DNA of 64,000 nucleotides from a virus, in the IMG/VR virus record IMGVR_UViG_3300042544_003795, positions 96,001 to 160,000 of that record; one strand, 5' to 3'. Positions within the stretch are counted from its first letter, which is position 1. Every line of letters begins with the position of its first letter. Positions 49,090 through 62,800 of this stretch are shown here, one piece after another. Made by a program: the position numbers and the translations under genes. Below the pieces are notes generated by a model. The model had not been told where the DNA came from. It ran no database searches and worked only from the letters and a program-made list of their open reading frames with translations.

Positions 49090-50786
49090 TATATTAATAT
49101 GTTATCACTTTCAATTTTCTTTGTATAATAGTAATCAAAAGTAGCATTGAATGTGTTTTCGAAAGGATTAAAAGTATAATTCATATTTTTCAAAAAAACA
49201 TTTTCAGCATAAACTCCCGATATAACTGTAGGTTTTTCAACTTTAGTAAAACACTCTGTTAAGTAATCTTCTATTTGTAAATTAGGTTTGCCTATAATTT
49301 TTATGGAATTAGAATAGGAACCTTCTGAAGATTGTCCAGCTGATTGAATTATTTCATTTGAATTCGGCACAAGAAATTTATTATAAATGTGAACAGGTTT
49401 ACTGTCTGAAATAGAATTAGTACAAAGAATAAAATTAGAATTTTCAGAATAATAAGATGGATTATTTGAATAAGTATTACTATAAGAAATTTCGCCATCA
49501 AACTCCTTGTAAGAAGTCGATTTATTATTTAAATAAAAATTGCCAGTTGGTTTGCATAAAAATTTATTTACTTTACTAGCCAAAGAAAATGTTCCACTTA
49601 TTCTAGAGTAAATTTCTGGATAGCCTCCTGTGTAACCCGATAGTGCTAGATTAAATCTTTTTTCTTTATTTTGTGATCTACCTATATAAGAACCATTCTC
49701 TTCTATAGTGAAATAACCGTCTTCGTCTTTAGATGAAGATCTGGAATTGTTAAATATATAACCTGAATTTAAATATTGAGGATCATTAGTGTAAGAATAA
49801 TTATATTGAACAGTTCCTTCTAATGGGTCTTCTTGTAAAGTTTTAGAAATTTCTGGATAAATCAAACTACAGGTTCCTGTATAAACATTCTGAAATCCTG
49901 TAATCAAATTAAAAGAACCTGATACTCTTTCATAAATTCCTGTTCTAACTGTATCCCATCTTGTTCTTGCTCCCATTAAGTTTCTTTCTATACCATCTCC
50001 ACTAAATAAAATAGATTTTAAAGTTCCATTCTCTGAGGCTACTATATTATTACCATTGAAATCTACTGAATGAGAAAATTCCCATGTCGCTGAATTATTA
50101 TTATCATAATAACTTCTTTTAGTAAGTGAATACTCATTGTTAATAGTATCACAACTTTCATTTGAATATGTTATATATCCGCTATAAATATTTCCAGTTA
50201 TAATAGATGGAAATATACTTTCGATTCCTATATTCGGAATTCTATATTGAGAAAATCCTGAGAATATTTTATTTTTTAAATTTATTCTTGAATTTAAATC
50301 TAAAGGACTATCAATAGAAACAGAAATTTCTTGAGCTGTTTCTTGAATACCATTCGCATTCATTGAAATTGAAAATGATTCGTCTATAGATTTAACATAT
50401 TTAAAATCGTTTTGAAAAATGCTTTTATCTATTTCTAGATAATTATTGCCAGTTAAATTATATAGATTGCCAGAAGAGGGAATTTCAAAATTTAATGAAA
50501 AAACTTTATATTGCAAATCATTTCCTTCCTCCCAATTTAAAGAAGTTATTTTTCCTGTACCCAAATTAATACCATGCAATACAAAACTAGAATATCCAAA
50601 TCCTGATTCTATAATATTTTTCATGCCTGTATATGCTACAGAAATAGAATTTAAATTGGAATCTCCTGTTACTCTAGATCTTATAGAATAACTATCCAAT
50701 GATGAGAAACAGAATATATTTCCTAAAAAATTAAAAGTTTTACTAAAAGAAAGAGATTCTATATCATTGAAATATAAAGTATTCAT
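49089..50786 (-). CDS. Putative tail protein with internal repeats
   Basis: Immediately downstream of the giant ORF; repeated ENG..., GTVQYNYSYTNDP / GEISYSNTYSNNP units. Confidence 0.55.
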   Translation of the reverse strand: MNTLYFNDIESLSFSKTFNFLGNIFCFSSLDSYSIRSRVTGDSNLNSISVAYTGMKNIIESGFGYSSFVLHGINLGTGKITSLNWEEGNDLQYKVFSLNFEIPSSGNLYNLTGNNYLEIDKSIFQNDFKYVKSIDESFSISMNANGIQETAQEISVSIDSPLDLNSRINLKNKIFSGFSQYRIPNIGIESIFPSIITGNIYSGYITYSNESCDTINNEYSLTKRSYYDNNNSATWEFSHSVDFNGNNIVASENGTLKSILFSGDGIERNLMGARTRWDTVRTGIYERVSGSFNLITGFQNVYTGTCSLIYPEISKTLQEDPLEGTVQYNYSYTNDPQYLNSGYIFNNSRSSSKDEDGYFTIEENGSYIGRSQNKEKRFNLALSGYTGGYPEIYSRISGTFSLASKVNKFLCKPTGNFYLNNKSTSYKEFDGEISYSNTYSNNPSYYSENSNFILCTNSISDSKPVHIYNKFLVPNSNEIIQSAGQSSEGSYSNSIKIIGKPNLQIEDYLTECFTKVEKPTVISGVYAENVFLKNMNYTFNPFENTFNATFDYYYTKKIESDNILI

Positions 50787-50798
50787 TTACTTAATATA

Positions 50799-50804
50799 TA
50801 CACT
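50799..50804 (-). promoter_or_regulatory. AGTGTA putative late-promoter motif (also 45710-45715, 31428-31433, 25191-25196; GGTGTA at 19763-19768)
   Basis: Recurs in five short intergenic gaps 11-23 nt upstream of ATG. Confidence 0.5.
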
Positions 50805-50809
50805 CCATT

Positions 50810-53800
50810 CTAACCTGTTGTTGCTGGAGGCGCTTTGGTAGGAGGAGCAGCTGGAGGCGGTTTCCCCGCTGCACTAGCCACTTCTCTATTATGCTGTTCA
50901 ACCATACCTATAATAGATGGTTTTAATTTTTCTATCATTTCAGGTGTAATCCCTTCTCCTGTTATATTCACACTTATCTGAGATGTAGTATTTACATTCG
51001 TAGTATTTACAACTCCTTGAGCACCTTGAGCGTTTTGACCTTCAGCTGCACCTTCTGTCGCGGCTCCTTGAGCATTAGTAAGTCCAGTCACAGCATCTAC
51101 AAGAGGTTTTATAACTGCTCCTAGTTTATTCTCTTCCTCTTTTGTTTGAGCTATTTGTTTTTCTATTTGAGCTTTTTTACTCTTTTCATCTTTTACGTTT
51201 CCAACATTATTTAAATCTTCAAAAGTTTGACCTTCTTTTTTTGGTATAACTTTATTATAAGCATTTTTCAAAGCTCCACCTGTTTGTTCATCGGCCTCCT
51301 CTGCTGTAACCTCTCCTCGTATAAACTTATTAATGAAATCTGATTTTTTTCCGTCATTATCCGGCCCCATATCAGCCATTGCTTCAAAGCCTACTTTACT
51401 TCTATCTCTTCTTTTCGCCTCTATATCTGCTATATTTTTATTTATAGGATCTAACTGAGCTTCTTGATCTTGTCTCTCTACAACTTTAGCATTATAAGCT
51501 TGAACTTTTTTCTTGTCTTCTGGTTTTTGTATTTGATCCATGATAACAGGAGCTACTTGACCTTTAAATAGTTCATTGTTTATAGCTCCCATGTTCTGAT
51601 CTGTAGCCCGAGCTACATCTTCAGTACCTTTTTTTACTTCACCTCTTAATTGGGTTTCTTTTTCAGTATTTTTAGCTTTAGCCTGTAGCTCTTTCATTCT
51701 CTCTCTTTTCACTATATCCAAACCATCTTGTGGATCTGCTAATATTTTTGTATCAGTCGCTTCTCTTGATTCTAATTCAGTTTTTCTAGCAATCTGTCCT
51801 TCACTAAGAGGCCCCATACGATCTAACTCCCTTAAATCTTGAAGCTCTAATTTATTGTCTTTAGCTTCTTTTCTAGTGTCTAATGTTTTTGCATCTGTAG
51901 CCTCTGTTAATTCTAATTGTTCTTTTCTTTTTTTATCACTATCAGTAAGAGTTCCGTAAGGCTCTTTAGCTCTTAAAATATTAAGTTCTTTTCTATTACT
52001 TTCAGCTTTATCAAAACTTCTAGTTTCATCTTCAAGACCAGTAAGTTCTGTTTTTTCGTCTGCTGTAAGAGTTTTTCCTTTAAGAGAATCTAACTCAGTT
52101 TTCTTTTTATCTAATTTTTCTATTTTTGCAGCTACACCTTGTAAATTTTTATCTTTGCTACCTTTCAATTTAGCTACATAAGAAGCTCTTACTTTAGCAG
52201 GATCTTTAGCATCAGCTTTCTTTTGGGCCTCAGCTATCAATTGATCTTCTGATAAAGTTTTTTCATCTGTTTCTATTCCTTTTCTTAAGTCCGCTATTTT
52301 ACCTTTAGGATCTAGTCTTGCTTTAAATTCTCCAAGTTTTTTCTTTTTATCTCGTATATCTTTAGGGTTTACTCCTTTCCATGGTTCGAAATCCGAATAA
52401 CTTGTTAGCTCCATATCAGCTGAAGATGTAGCCTCTAGTTCCGCCTTTCTTTTTTGTGATTGTTCGGAAAGATTAGGTATCTTATTCAATGCTTCTAGTT
52501 CTTTTATATTACTGACAGATTTATCGTAAGCTGTAGTTTCTTTTTCTAAACTGGTAAATTGATTTGCTTCATCAGCAGAAAGCGGATTAACTTTCTCAAG
52601 AGATTTGATTTCATCTTTTTTAGCTTGTATTCCTTTTTTTAATTCTTCTGGATCTCTTGGTGGTCCGACTCCTCTTCTAGATTGCAATAATTCAAGATAA
52701 CCTTTTGGATCTGCCATTTGAGCTTGAGCAGTAACACTTTTTATTTTATTATCAAGATCAATTTCTTTTTTAGCAGCCATATTAGCTTTCAAAGACTCTT
52801 CTTCTTTTTTTCTTTCTTCTGGTGTTAATGGAGTTAATTGCTCTTTTCCATCCTTTCCTTTCCTCATCACTCCGTTTTTAAGGTAATCTTGATTCTTTTT
52901 TATATTTTCGTCTATTTGCGCAGCATCTTGTAAAGGAGCTGTTCCTCTTTGTTTCTCTAAAGATTTTAAATATTGAACCGGATCTTCAGCCAATCCAGCT
53001 TTTACTCTTGCTGTTTCAGATTTATTTTTTATTCTAGCCGCAGTATTTTCAGCTTTATCTGATTTAAAACCGGCTAACTGTTCTTGTGCTTTTTTTACTT
53101 CCTCGGGAGACATTTTAACTCTTTCGATTTTTCCATCTTTACCTTGTACCTGTCTCCCTTCTCTCAAGTCTTCCTCAACTCTTTGAATTCTCTCATCATC
53201 TTTTTTACCATCTCCTAAAACTTTTGCTGTCTCTTCTAATCCCTGAAGTCTTTTTACATTTATATCTGTTTCTTGAGGAGTTTTACTTTTTGTTTTAGCT
53301 GGTAATACAGCATCTTGAGTTAAAAATTTAGAACTTTCAGTATTGTAACTTTCAGCAGCAGATATAGCGGCATCTATTCTTTCTCTCTTCGCGGCTAAAG
53401 TGGTATCAGATCTTTCTATTTCTTTTTCAAAATTTCGACCCGCATCTTTTTTTCTTTTAGTTAAATTACTTATCTGATTATCCTCCAGAGTAGTATCTAA
53501 ACCCTGTTTAGCTTTTGCATCTTTTTTAGCTTGAGCCTCTTTAATTCTTTTTTCCACTGATACCTCATCCTCTTTAAAAGAGAATCCAGAGCTTTCTACT
53601 TGTGAAATATAAGCATTTCTAGCTGAGATTTCTTCTCTCGATCTATCGTTTCCTCCTTCATCCATTAGAGTAGATGCTTTTAAATTTTCAAAATCAGTTT
53701 CTGTAGCTTTTCCGCTTTTCATCCTTTCTTGAAAACTTACTAGATCATCCATTACAAAATCTTGTTTAAGTGTGGCAGCTGTACCAGTATTTATTGTTCT

Positions 53801-56800
53801 CTGGTAATTTAAAGGAGTTTTTATTTTTTCAACAGCTTTTTGATTATCTATAATTCTTTGTGGTTCACCTGCCTCTGCTACACTTCTTTCTTGTCTAAGC
53901 TGTACGTTTTTCGCTTTTTCAGCTTCAAAACTTTTATAATCTTGTGTTTGAGTTACCGCAGCTGATCTTCTTAATATATCAGCTTGTTCTGACCCTCTAC
54001 CAGTTAATGATTTTGCAGTTATATTAGCTGTCGAGCTTGCATAATTAGGCATAGCGGCGGAGCTAGGATTCATTGATGTGTTAGTTGCTGCAACACCACT
54101 ACTAGGAACAGTTGTAACACCAGCTCCAGCTACGCTAGGAACCGTTGGAACACTGGCTCCAGCTACGCTAGGAACAGTTGTAACGCCAGCTCCAGCTACG
54201 CTAGGAACCGTTGGAACACCAGCTCCAGCTACGTTAGGAACCACTGGGAATCCAGCTCCAGCTGCGCCTGCACTCGCAGCTATTGGAACATTTGCTCCGG
54301 CTGAAGCTGCCATTTGGTTATTATTAGCAAAAATGCTATTTACTCCACCAACTCCTTTTATTTCTCTAGCAAAACTTTGAACAGTAGAATCTTGAAAATA
54401 AGGATTATTAAATTTTTCATCTAACATTCTTTTAGATTCATCTGCTCCTGATCCTCCTATCTGTATACCTTCTGTAATTTTTTTTATAGATGCATCGGAA
54501 AAAATACTACCTTGATTAGATTTTGCTCTAGCCTTATTTAAATCCCTCAATTTTTGGCCTATATCATCTGCCATAGTTTTTTGCAACTGTGCTTTCCCGG
54601 ATCTTTCCTCGTTAGTTCTTTTAACTACATTATCTTTGCCGTATCTTTCAGCTTGAGCTTGTTCATCTTCATATTTAATTCTATCATTCTGCATCTCTAA
54701 ATTTGATGCTTCGACTAATAATTTTCTTCCTGTTTCAGTCTCTCCTCCGCCTGATCTTTCAGCTTTATCTCTTAATTTTTGTATTTTAGCATCTGTCTCT
54801 AATACTGCCCCAGTATTCATAAGTTTTTTAGTATATTGAGGGGGACCAGCTAAAGCACTTTTACCTATCTCAGCTAAATTCCTTCTTTGAGATTCTTTTA
54901 ACTGGTCTTGAGATATTGTATTTATAGATCTTAAGCCATCGGCTTGATCTATTCTTAATTTTTCTATACCTAGTACAACTTCTTGATTTATATCAGCTAT
55001 TTGGGATAAGATTTCTTTTGAGCCATCTGATGATCCTAAACTTTGCTTTATAAGACCTTCTAAAGATGAAAGATCTCCCCCTCCTTTTAATACAGAACTA
55101 GCTTGATTAAGAATATTTGATCTTTGTTCTATAGAAGCATTTTTTGGAATTAATGCTGTAAGCTGCTCCACTGCTTTAGAAACTATTTCAGTGCCTTTCT
55201 TTTCAGCATCTAAATTTAAGTCTTTTGTTTGAAGACTAGCTTGTCTATTTATACCCTCAGCTTCAGTAATTCTTCCCGATGCTCTATCCGAGTCTAGTCT
55301 GCTTTTTTCTATTGATAAATTAGTTCCCGCTGTTGAAAAATTCTTATAGTTTATCAATGCTGTATCTAAAGTTAAACCTTTCAATCCTTCATCAAAAACT
55401 TTTTGGAAGTCTAAGCTAAACCCTTGTATTCCTGTTTGCACAGTGTCATTCAGATTTTTATTAAAAGTCAAAAGCGCAGCTGCATATTTATCCATACTTT
55501 GTATAGAGCTATCTGTGAATTCTTTATTTAAATCTCCATAAGTTTTACTCGCCATTTTTACTTGAGACTCAGTTAGTCCTAACTCTGAACCGAATTGAGT
55601 TATAAAATCTCCCATACTTAAAGTCCCATTCCCCAATTTATCTATAGCCTCTGAAGCTTCTTTGGATTTAACTTTAGTAAAATCTATACTATCAATAATA
55701 GGATTTAAAAATGTGTCAAAATCTTCTGTTTTGAAATCTGAAGTTTTAGTTTTGTTGCCAAAAACACTAACATTTTCTTCTCTAGATTTCTTTATTATCT
55801 CAGAAGTAACCAAATTCCCTTGACTAAAATTCAGATCTTTACTCTTCTTTTCTTGAAAATTTGCTATAGCTTCTTGTTTTTTTAAATCACTTTTTTCATT
55901 TAATATCGTAGAAATTAATTCCGGATCTTTAATCCCTCCTAATGATTTAGCAAATGTGGATTGAGCTTTAGCTATCTTTTTTGGATCTCCTCCTGAAGTT
56001 TTTAATTCAGAAATTTCATTTTGAGATTTAATAGCTTCTTGCAAAGAAGTAATTTGAGATTCAGTGGATTGAATTAATTTTTGGTTGTTATTAGTCAATT
56101 CCAATGTAGATGGAACAGCAGCTTTAGTAGCTTTAGTGGCATAATTAAAAGCCCCTGCGAGAACCCCTACAATAGGGGCAATAGGAGCTAGAGCCGGAAC
56201 CATAGCTACCATCATTGCGGCTGAAGCTCCAGCTGCGATAGATTCTCCTATATTCTGAACCTCCTTTTGAGCCTTTGTTTGCTCTTTTCCTTCCTCCGGC
56301 GTTGAAAACATCCCAGTTACAGTAGAAGCAGTAAAGGCTAATCCCATCATTTTTGCATTGATAGCTCCAGCTTTTGCTGCTCTTTTCTCTTTTTTCTCTT
56401 GTTTGAGTTCTTGCGGAGTTTTTGTTACTTTATTATCTGAATCGGGTAGATCTCCGCCCATAGGCATTCCTCCTCCCGCAGGCATTGCTCCTTGTTTCCC
56501 CCCCCCTTGTTGACCTCCTCCTTGCAAAATTCCACCTTTCTGGTTCGCGTTTAGTTCTTTTTGTTTAGCAAAATCAGCTTTGTATTCTTTTCTTATTGAA
56601 CGTGATTCATTGTTTACGCTTCGTAATCTATTAGCTTTAGCTTTTCTTGCATCTTTTTCTACTTGAAATCTGTTCTCTATTTGAGTTCTTGGAAAACTTT
56701 GCATCCCTTTTCCTGCCCCTTGTATACCTTTCGTAGGTAAAATCGGAGATCCAAGCTTACCTCCGGGAGTCATAATCCCAGCTGCCACTGATCTATTGTA

Positions 56801-59800
56801 AAGTCTATCAGCTCTGATAGAGTCTGCTTTTCTATTCCTTTCTTCTGATCCTACAATTTGACCATCTCTATTTCTGAACAATTTGCTTTGCCCTTGTCCT
56901 CCTTTTTTAAATGTATTTTCAACACCTTTCGCTCCTACTCTTCTTTTATTAATTCTATCTTGAGTAAGATTTTTTAATATCTCTTTTCTACTTACAAACT
57001 GGTTCTGTGCTGTAAGAGTCGGCTGATATCTCCCCGGAGCTTGAGGTAGTTTAGCCATCTGCGCTTTAGCATTAGTGTAGTCAATTTTTATATTTCTCCT
57101 TTTTCTATCAGCATTAGCTTTAGCATCTCTTTTAGCTTGATCTTGAGGGGAAATGCCTGCTTTTTTGATAGGCGCAGCATTTGTGCGAGAAGCTTTTTTT
57201 TCGGCTTCAGCAGCTTTTCTTTTAGCTTGGTTTCTTTGAAAAATTTCTCTTGTAGCTTGAAAAGATCCTCCTAAACCTGATCTTAGACTACTGGGCAAAG
57301 CAGGTCTAGCTCTTACGGCTGCTACTTTTTGTTGAGCAGCTTGAGTTTTATCTTTTTTTTCCTGATCCTTGTCTGCATTCTTTTGTTTTGCTTCATTTCT
57401 TTTCCTTATTTTCTTTAAAGCTCTTTTCTCTTTGGGAGTCGCAAAATTAGGAATGAAACCTTCAGAAGAGGAATTAGGATTTTCTCTTGAAAAGCGAGAG
57501 CTTAAATAATCATCCACAGTTGGCACTATAACGCTCAAAGCTGTTCTGAGAGAAGGTAGATTGGCTCTTTGGACTGATGTTAATAGATTTCCTGTACTAT
57601 ATTGAACTTGATCTAAAACTTTTTTAAAAAATTCTATTTCATCAGAAGAAATGTCGGGAGCTCCATCTATTTGAGATATAAGAAGTGATAAAGCATTTGT
57701 AGAAGTAGGAGTATTTAGCATACTTCTAATTTTTAAAGCCAATGGACTATTAGCCGCAGTTTTTACTTTAGAGGCTCCTTGTCTTACCCTGTTCATTAAT
57801 GAGGGTCTACGAACAGGAATTTCAAAATTAGGAATAAAACCAAAAGCTGAAGTTCTGCTTACCAATCCGCTTGAACTATCTCCATAAGTTCTTTTTGTTG
57901 TAGGCTCTATTTTCGCCATTTTGGCGAAACTCATCCCCTTGGATAAAGTCTTTTCGTCCTTGTTAAAAACTGCAAGACCTTTTGGGTTAGATTTTGTTTT
58001 TAAACTAGCTCTTCTCCCAATCTTAACATCTTTTCTTTCAAAACCCGCACTCATTTCCGCGTTTACGGATTCATTTAAAGCTTTTCTTTCTTGTGCATAA
58101 GGAATTTTTGCAGGGGAAAGCCGAGAAAAGAAATTAGGAATAAAGCCTTTTGCAAAAGAAGTCGGTTTACCTCTCAATCCTAATCCTTGAATACTATATC
58201 CTCTACCTCTTTTTTTATTTGGATTTTTAGAACCCCTTATATCGTCACTTTTTTCGTCAAATCTTTTCGATAGGGGAATTAAATTTCCGTCATCATCATA
58301 CTCTACTAAAGCAGCTGATTTGATTTGTGAGGCATTCGGAACAACTAGCTCAGAAGACATAGTTTTTTCTTGAAGTGTTCTTCCTGCTATTCCCCTTATT
58401 GAGTCATAGGGTATTTTACCCTCCTTCATTAAAATAGCTGTACCTATTTTGTATTTTTCATTTTTTGCACTTCTTGATCTTAAAGTGGAAAGAAGCAATG
58501 AACGATTACTAATTTTAGCTATTTCTTCAGGACTTAAGTGGCCGTATTTGCCGAGTTTAGCGTAAGCATCATTGATAGCTATCTCATAATTGACTCTAGC
58601 ATTTAAATAAGGCATAAACTCATCAGGCAAATTTCCCGTTAAAGGTTTTTGAGCTTTTACATATACTTCGTCTTTCCTAAATTGAACATCACTAGCTTTT
58701 AATCCTAATGCTTTGAGTCTGTCTTCATGTGGTTTTGAATTTACAGATACATCTGACCCACCAATAGATAAAGAAGCATCTTCAGCAGTATAATATCCCG
58801 GACCAAAATTTAGATCTTTAATCTCTGAACGCAACGGAACCCCTTTATTATAAAAACCTAATCTAACCCCTTTTCTATTGTATGGGGAATCTTGAGCTTC
58901 TTTTTCAACCATCTTCTTCAAAAGATCTGTATTATTTTTCTCTACAGCTTCTTTATACATTTTATCTTTTTCTGAAGAGAAATCAAAAGCTGGAGTTTTA
59001 CTTATTTTAGCTAAACTAGATTCAACTTTTTCTCTTCCGTATTTTGCAATTAAGAAGTCATAAGTTTTTCTATCTATATTTCTGGCAAGATTCTTTCCAG
59101 ATTTTTTATTTCCAACAACGTCTCTAAAAAATGTTTTGTCGGAAGCAAGAGAAGGAGTTGCGAAATTAGGAATAAAACCTCTTGAATTAGTTTTTTTGCT
59201 ATACTCATTAACTTGATTTTTTAAATTTGGATCAATTACATTTGTATATCCGGCATCTATAATAGTAGCTTTACCTCCAGATTTAACAAACTTGTCGTAT
59301 AAATCCTGACTTGATTCAGGTACTTTATAGTACTTAACATAGTCCTTAAGCAAATTATTTTTATTTTCTTCAATAAATTTTCGACCTTGAGGATTTAAAG
59401 TATAATTGGCCCCATGAAGGTCATCCATTTCCAACCCAGCTTTTTTTAATCGGGCTTGCAAAATACGCCCGAAAACTCCAGAAGCCGCTATACCAACAGA
59501 GTCACGAGCCATTGGTTCTTTAATGATCTCTTTCCGAATGCTTTTAGCTCGCAATGCTCTTTCTAAATTATCTGGAATTTTAGGTCCTGTAATTCCGTCA
59601 ACTAGTCTTTTTTCAGCTAATAATTTTGATACTGTAAACTCATCTGTTATTGTTTTTGGTAAATTAGATTCAGATTTGACGTTTGCTGTTTTTGTGTCTT
59701 TTTTTGTTTCAAATCCTGCAAAAATTCCAGCTGACGAAGAGGGTTTTCTATTATAAAATCTTTTTACCCCTATATCCTTAGTTAATCTATGAAATGTTCC

Positions 59801-62800
59801 TTCTGCTCCGCCACCCATAAAAGAAGATTGGAGTGCAAAATTAGGAATAAATCCTTCAGAAGCGGACATACCTTTAGATCTGGGATCTATACCTTCTTTT
59901 TTAGCTAAACCCATTCCATTAGCTAAAGTTCCTTCATACTTATTATAAGTGCCAAAACCTTCTGGATTAAAAGGAGTTCTTAAAGAAGGGTTTTTACCCA
60001 TTCTTATTTTTCCGATAGGTATTCCAGCTTTAGCTTCTTTGGCTCTAGATTTCTTTTTGGCATTTTGAGTTTCTTTATAAGAAAGTTTTGAAGCAAAATT
60101 AGGAATAAAACCACTTGATAAAAAACGCTCTAAACCATTTTCTCTTAGCACTTGTTCTCTAGTCTTTTTTCTTCCTCCAGTGTTTCTCGGTTTATTATAT
60201 CTTGCGGACAGAATAGCTTGAACCCGATCTTCATCAGATAAAGGAGCTATTTCACTAACAGGCATATTTCTATCCTGTACATCAGTTGGTAATTGTCTTT
60301 CTGTTAGTATCTGTTGCTGAATTTTCTTATAACTGTTTGTAGTTTTCCTTGCTCTACTTCCTTGTCCTGCTAAATTAGCCGCCCATTCTTGAACTTTCCT
60401 TTCATCATCGGATAGAGGACCTGTTTCTATAGCAGGCATATCACTGTCCGGTACACTCATCCTTTCAGGATAGGCATTCATTGTCATTCCAACTTCTTTA
60501 CCCATGTTAGGTAGATCCCTCGCCCTAGTGGAGCCCTGAAAACGTAACTTTGGAATAACTATTTTAGGAACAATTCTTTTACCATTTACTATCTGTGTTA
60601 GAGGTCCGGCATTAGTTTGTCTACGAGTTATTGGATCAATATCATTTAAATCAGGGACAGCTATATAATTGGTTAATTTTATTCTGTCGTATTTATCTGG
60701 AACGCCTTCTGTAAAAAGGGGTAAAAGCATTGGACTTAACTCAGCTATATTTTCAGGAAGAAATCTCCCATATTTATCTCCAACTTTGGGAGCTGTCCAA
60801 TCTCCAGCTTTAGCTTCAAGTAAAGAGATTTCTTTATTTTCTATAGAATCTATTGAGAATGCATCGACTGCGTTATTGCCTTTATTAAATCCGGTGTTTC
60901 TAGTCGGAATAAATTTAGGGCCTACTTTTGTTTTATTGGCTTGCTGTATAGCGTATCTTTCAAAAACTCCAGTATAATCAGTTTGATCTACTTTGCCATC
61001 TTTTCTATTTTTATCTTTAAAGCGATAAGAATCTGGAGCAGATTGCAAAATTGAAGACATTAAATTTCTTCTTGAGCCCCCTTTATCAGGAATCTTAACT
61101 TGAACTTGTTCAAAAGAAATTGTACTAATTTTATCATCAAACTCAACATTTTTATTGCCTCTAGACTGAGCTAAAGCAAATTGATTCGCAGCATTTACAT
61201 TATTAGGTAAAAATTGTGATATATCTATATAATCATCAGATTCATCAATTTTACTATTTAAATTAACATTCTTTTTACTCTTCGACTTAGGATTATTTAT
61301 TGGTTCATCAATTATATCATCGACATAATCATCTGTTTGCAGAGCCTTGTACATCCTAGTCGCTCTATCTAATATTCTACTTCCAGAATCAGATTCTTGT
61401 ATTCTCTTTCTTTGTTTCCTAAGCGCTCGTATTTCGTCGGCTTGTTCTGGAGGGGTTATATTTTTTCCAACTGTATATATTTTTGGTGGAAGCTCTCCTA
61501 GCCGTCTATTTATTTTATCAATTGCTTTATTCTTTTTTAGAGAAGTTCTTCCCATTGTTTTATCAATAAATGCGGTCCTATTTTGTATTTGAGGTAAATT
61601 AGCTATTAAAAGATCTTCTGACCCTCCCGCAGCTAATCTCCTAATTCCTTTTGTATCTCCTTCTCCAATTGCTTTTCTTAATTCAGTTCCACTTATACCC
61701 TCAGTCCTAGCGTCCTGCACCACTTGTAATCCCTTTTCTGTATATTTTGCGGTTTCATAGAGTCCCTTATCGTCACCTACTAATGCAATACTTCCGGGAG
61801 TAGGGCTTAGATATCTTCCGTCTGACACTTTAAAAACAGAAGGTATTCTACCTCTGAATTCGGAAGACGGAATAACTGTTGTTTTGGCTCCAGTCGCTTT
61901 TTTTATTAATTGTCTTCTAAGACCTATAGGAAAAACTGAGGTACGATAAGAATGTTTATCGCCTTCCTTAAGTGTAGCTCCAGAACTAACTCCGAATACT
62001 ATATTCTCTGGTTCGAAACCTAACGAACGAGCTTGTGTAAACATTTCCTTATGCCCTTCCGTAAATGGGGCAAAAGCTCCATATGCGAATGCAATTTTCT
62101 TCTTTTCAATATTAAGTTGTTTTTTAATTATAGATGTTTTATCACCTTCTCTTTGCAATCTTGCGACAGGAACACCTTTATTTTCAGCCACTGCGGCTAT
62201 ATAATTAGGGTCTTCAGGATTTTTTCCTACAGTTTCTAGTAATGATTTCCCAGATCTACCTTGATTTGCTATTGGGTTATCACTAGCTGCTCTTTTTTTA
62301 GCAGACTTTATTTGATCTTCTCTGGATATTTGTAGAGAAATTAGCCTATCTACTCCTCCGAAAAGTCCTTCTTGTAAACTCCTTTCAGCATTTGACTGGG
62401 AAGCTTTTGTAGCTACGACTTCATCAACTTTGTCAATGTCTGACTCTTGTAGAATTGGTATTCGAGTCGTTTTTCTAAATTTACTATCATCGCTCTTTTT
62501 TGGTATGCCATATTTGTCTGCATTAAATGCAAGAGAAGTTTTTCCTGACCCCGGAGCACCATAAATTCCAGTAATTCTTTTTAAACCTCCGGTTTTTCTT
62601 TTTTGCATAGCATAATTACCTAAATGCTCCCAATACTCATGCGTTTTTGAGTTGCCAAGTCTTTCCATTTCTGAATTAACTATCTGTGCGTATTCAGGAT
62701 TAGCTAAAACATCGCCATCTAATATACCAACTCTTCTAGTAATTTCTGCAAAATTCGGAATAAAGCCTTTGCTTGAAAAGTAAGAAGGAAGAGCCGCCGT

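Noticed and set aside
54102-54266. 33-bp repeats as a CRISPR array
   Set aside because: Head-to-tail with no unique spacers, and in frame within a coding sequence
56498-56506. G9 homopolymer in the giant ORF as a phase-variation or frameshift site
   Set aside because: Frame is intact, it encodes a Gly-rich linker, and nothing else supports programmed slippage
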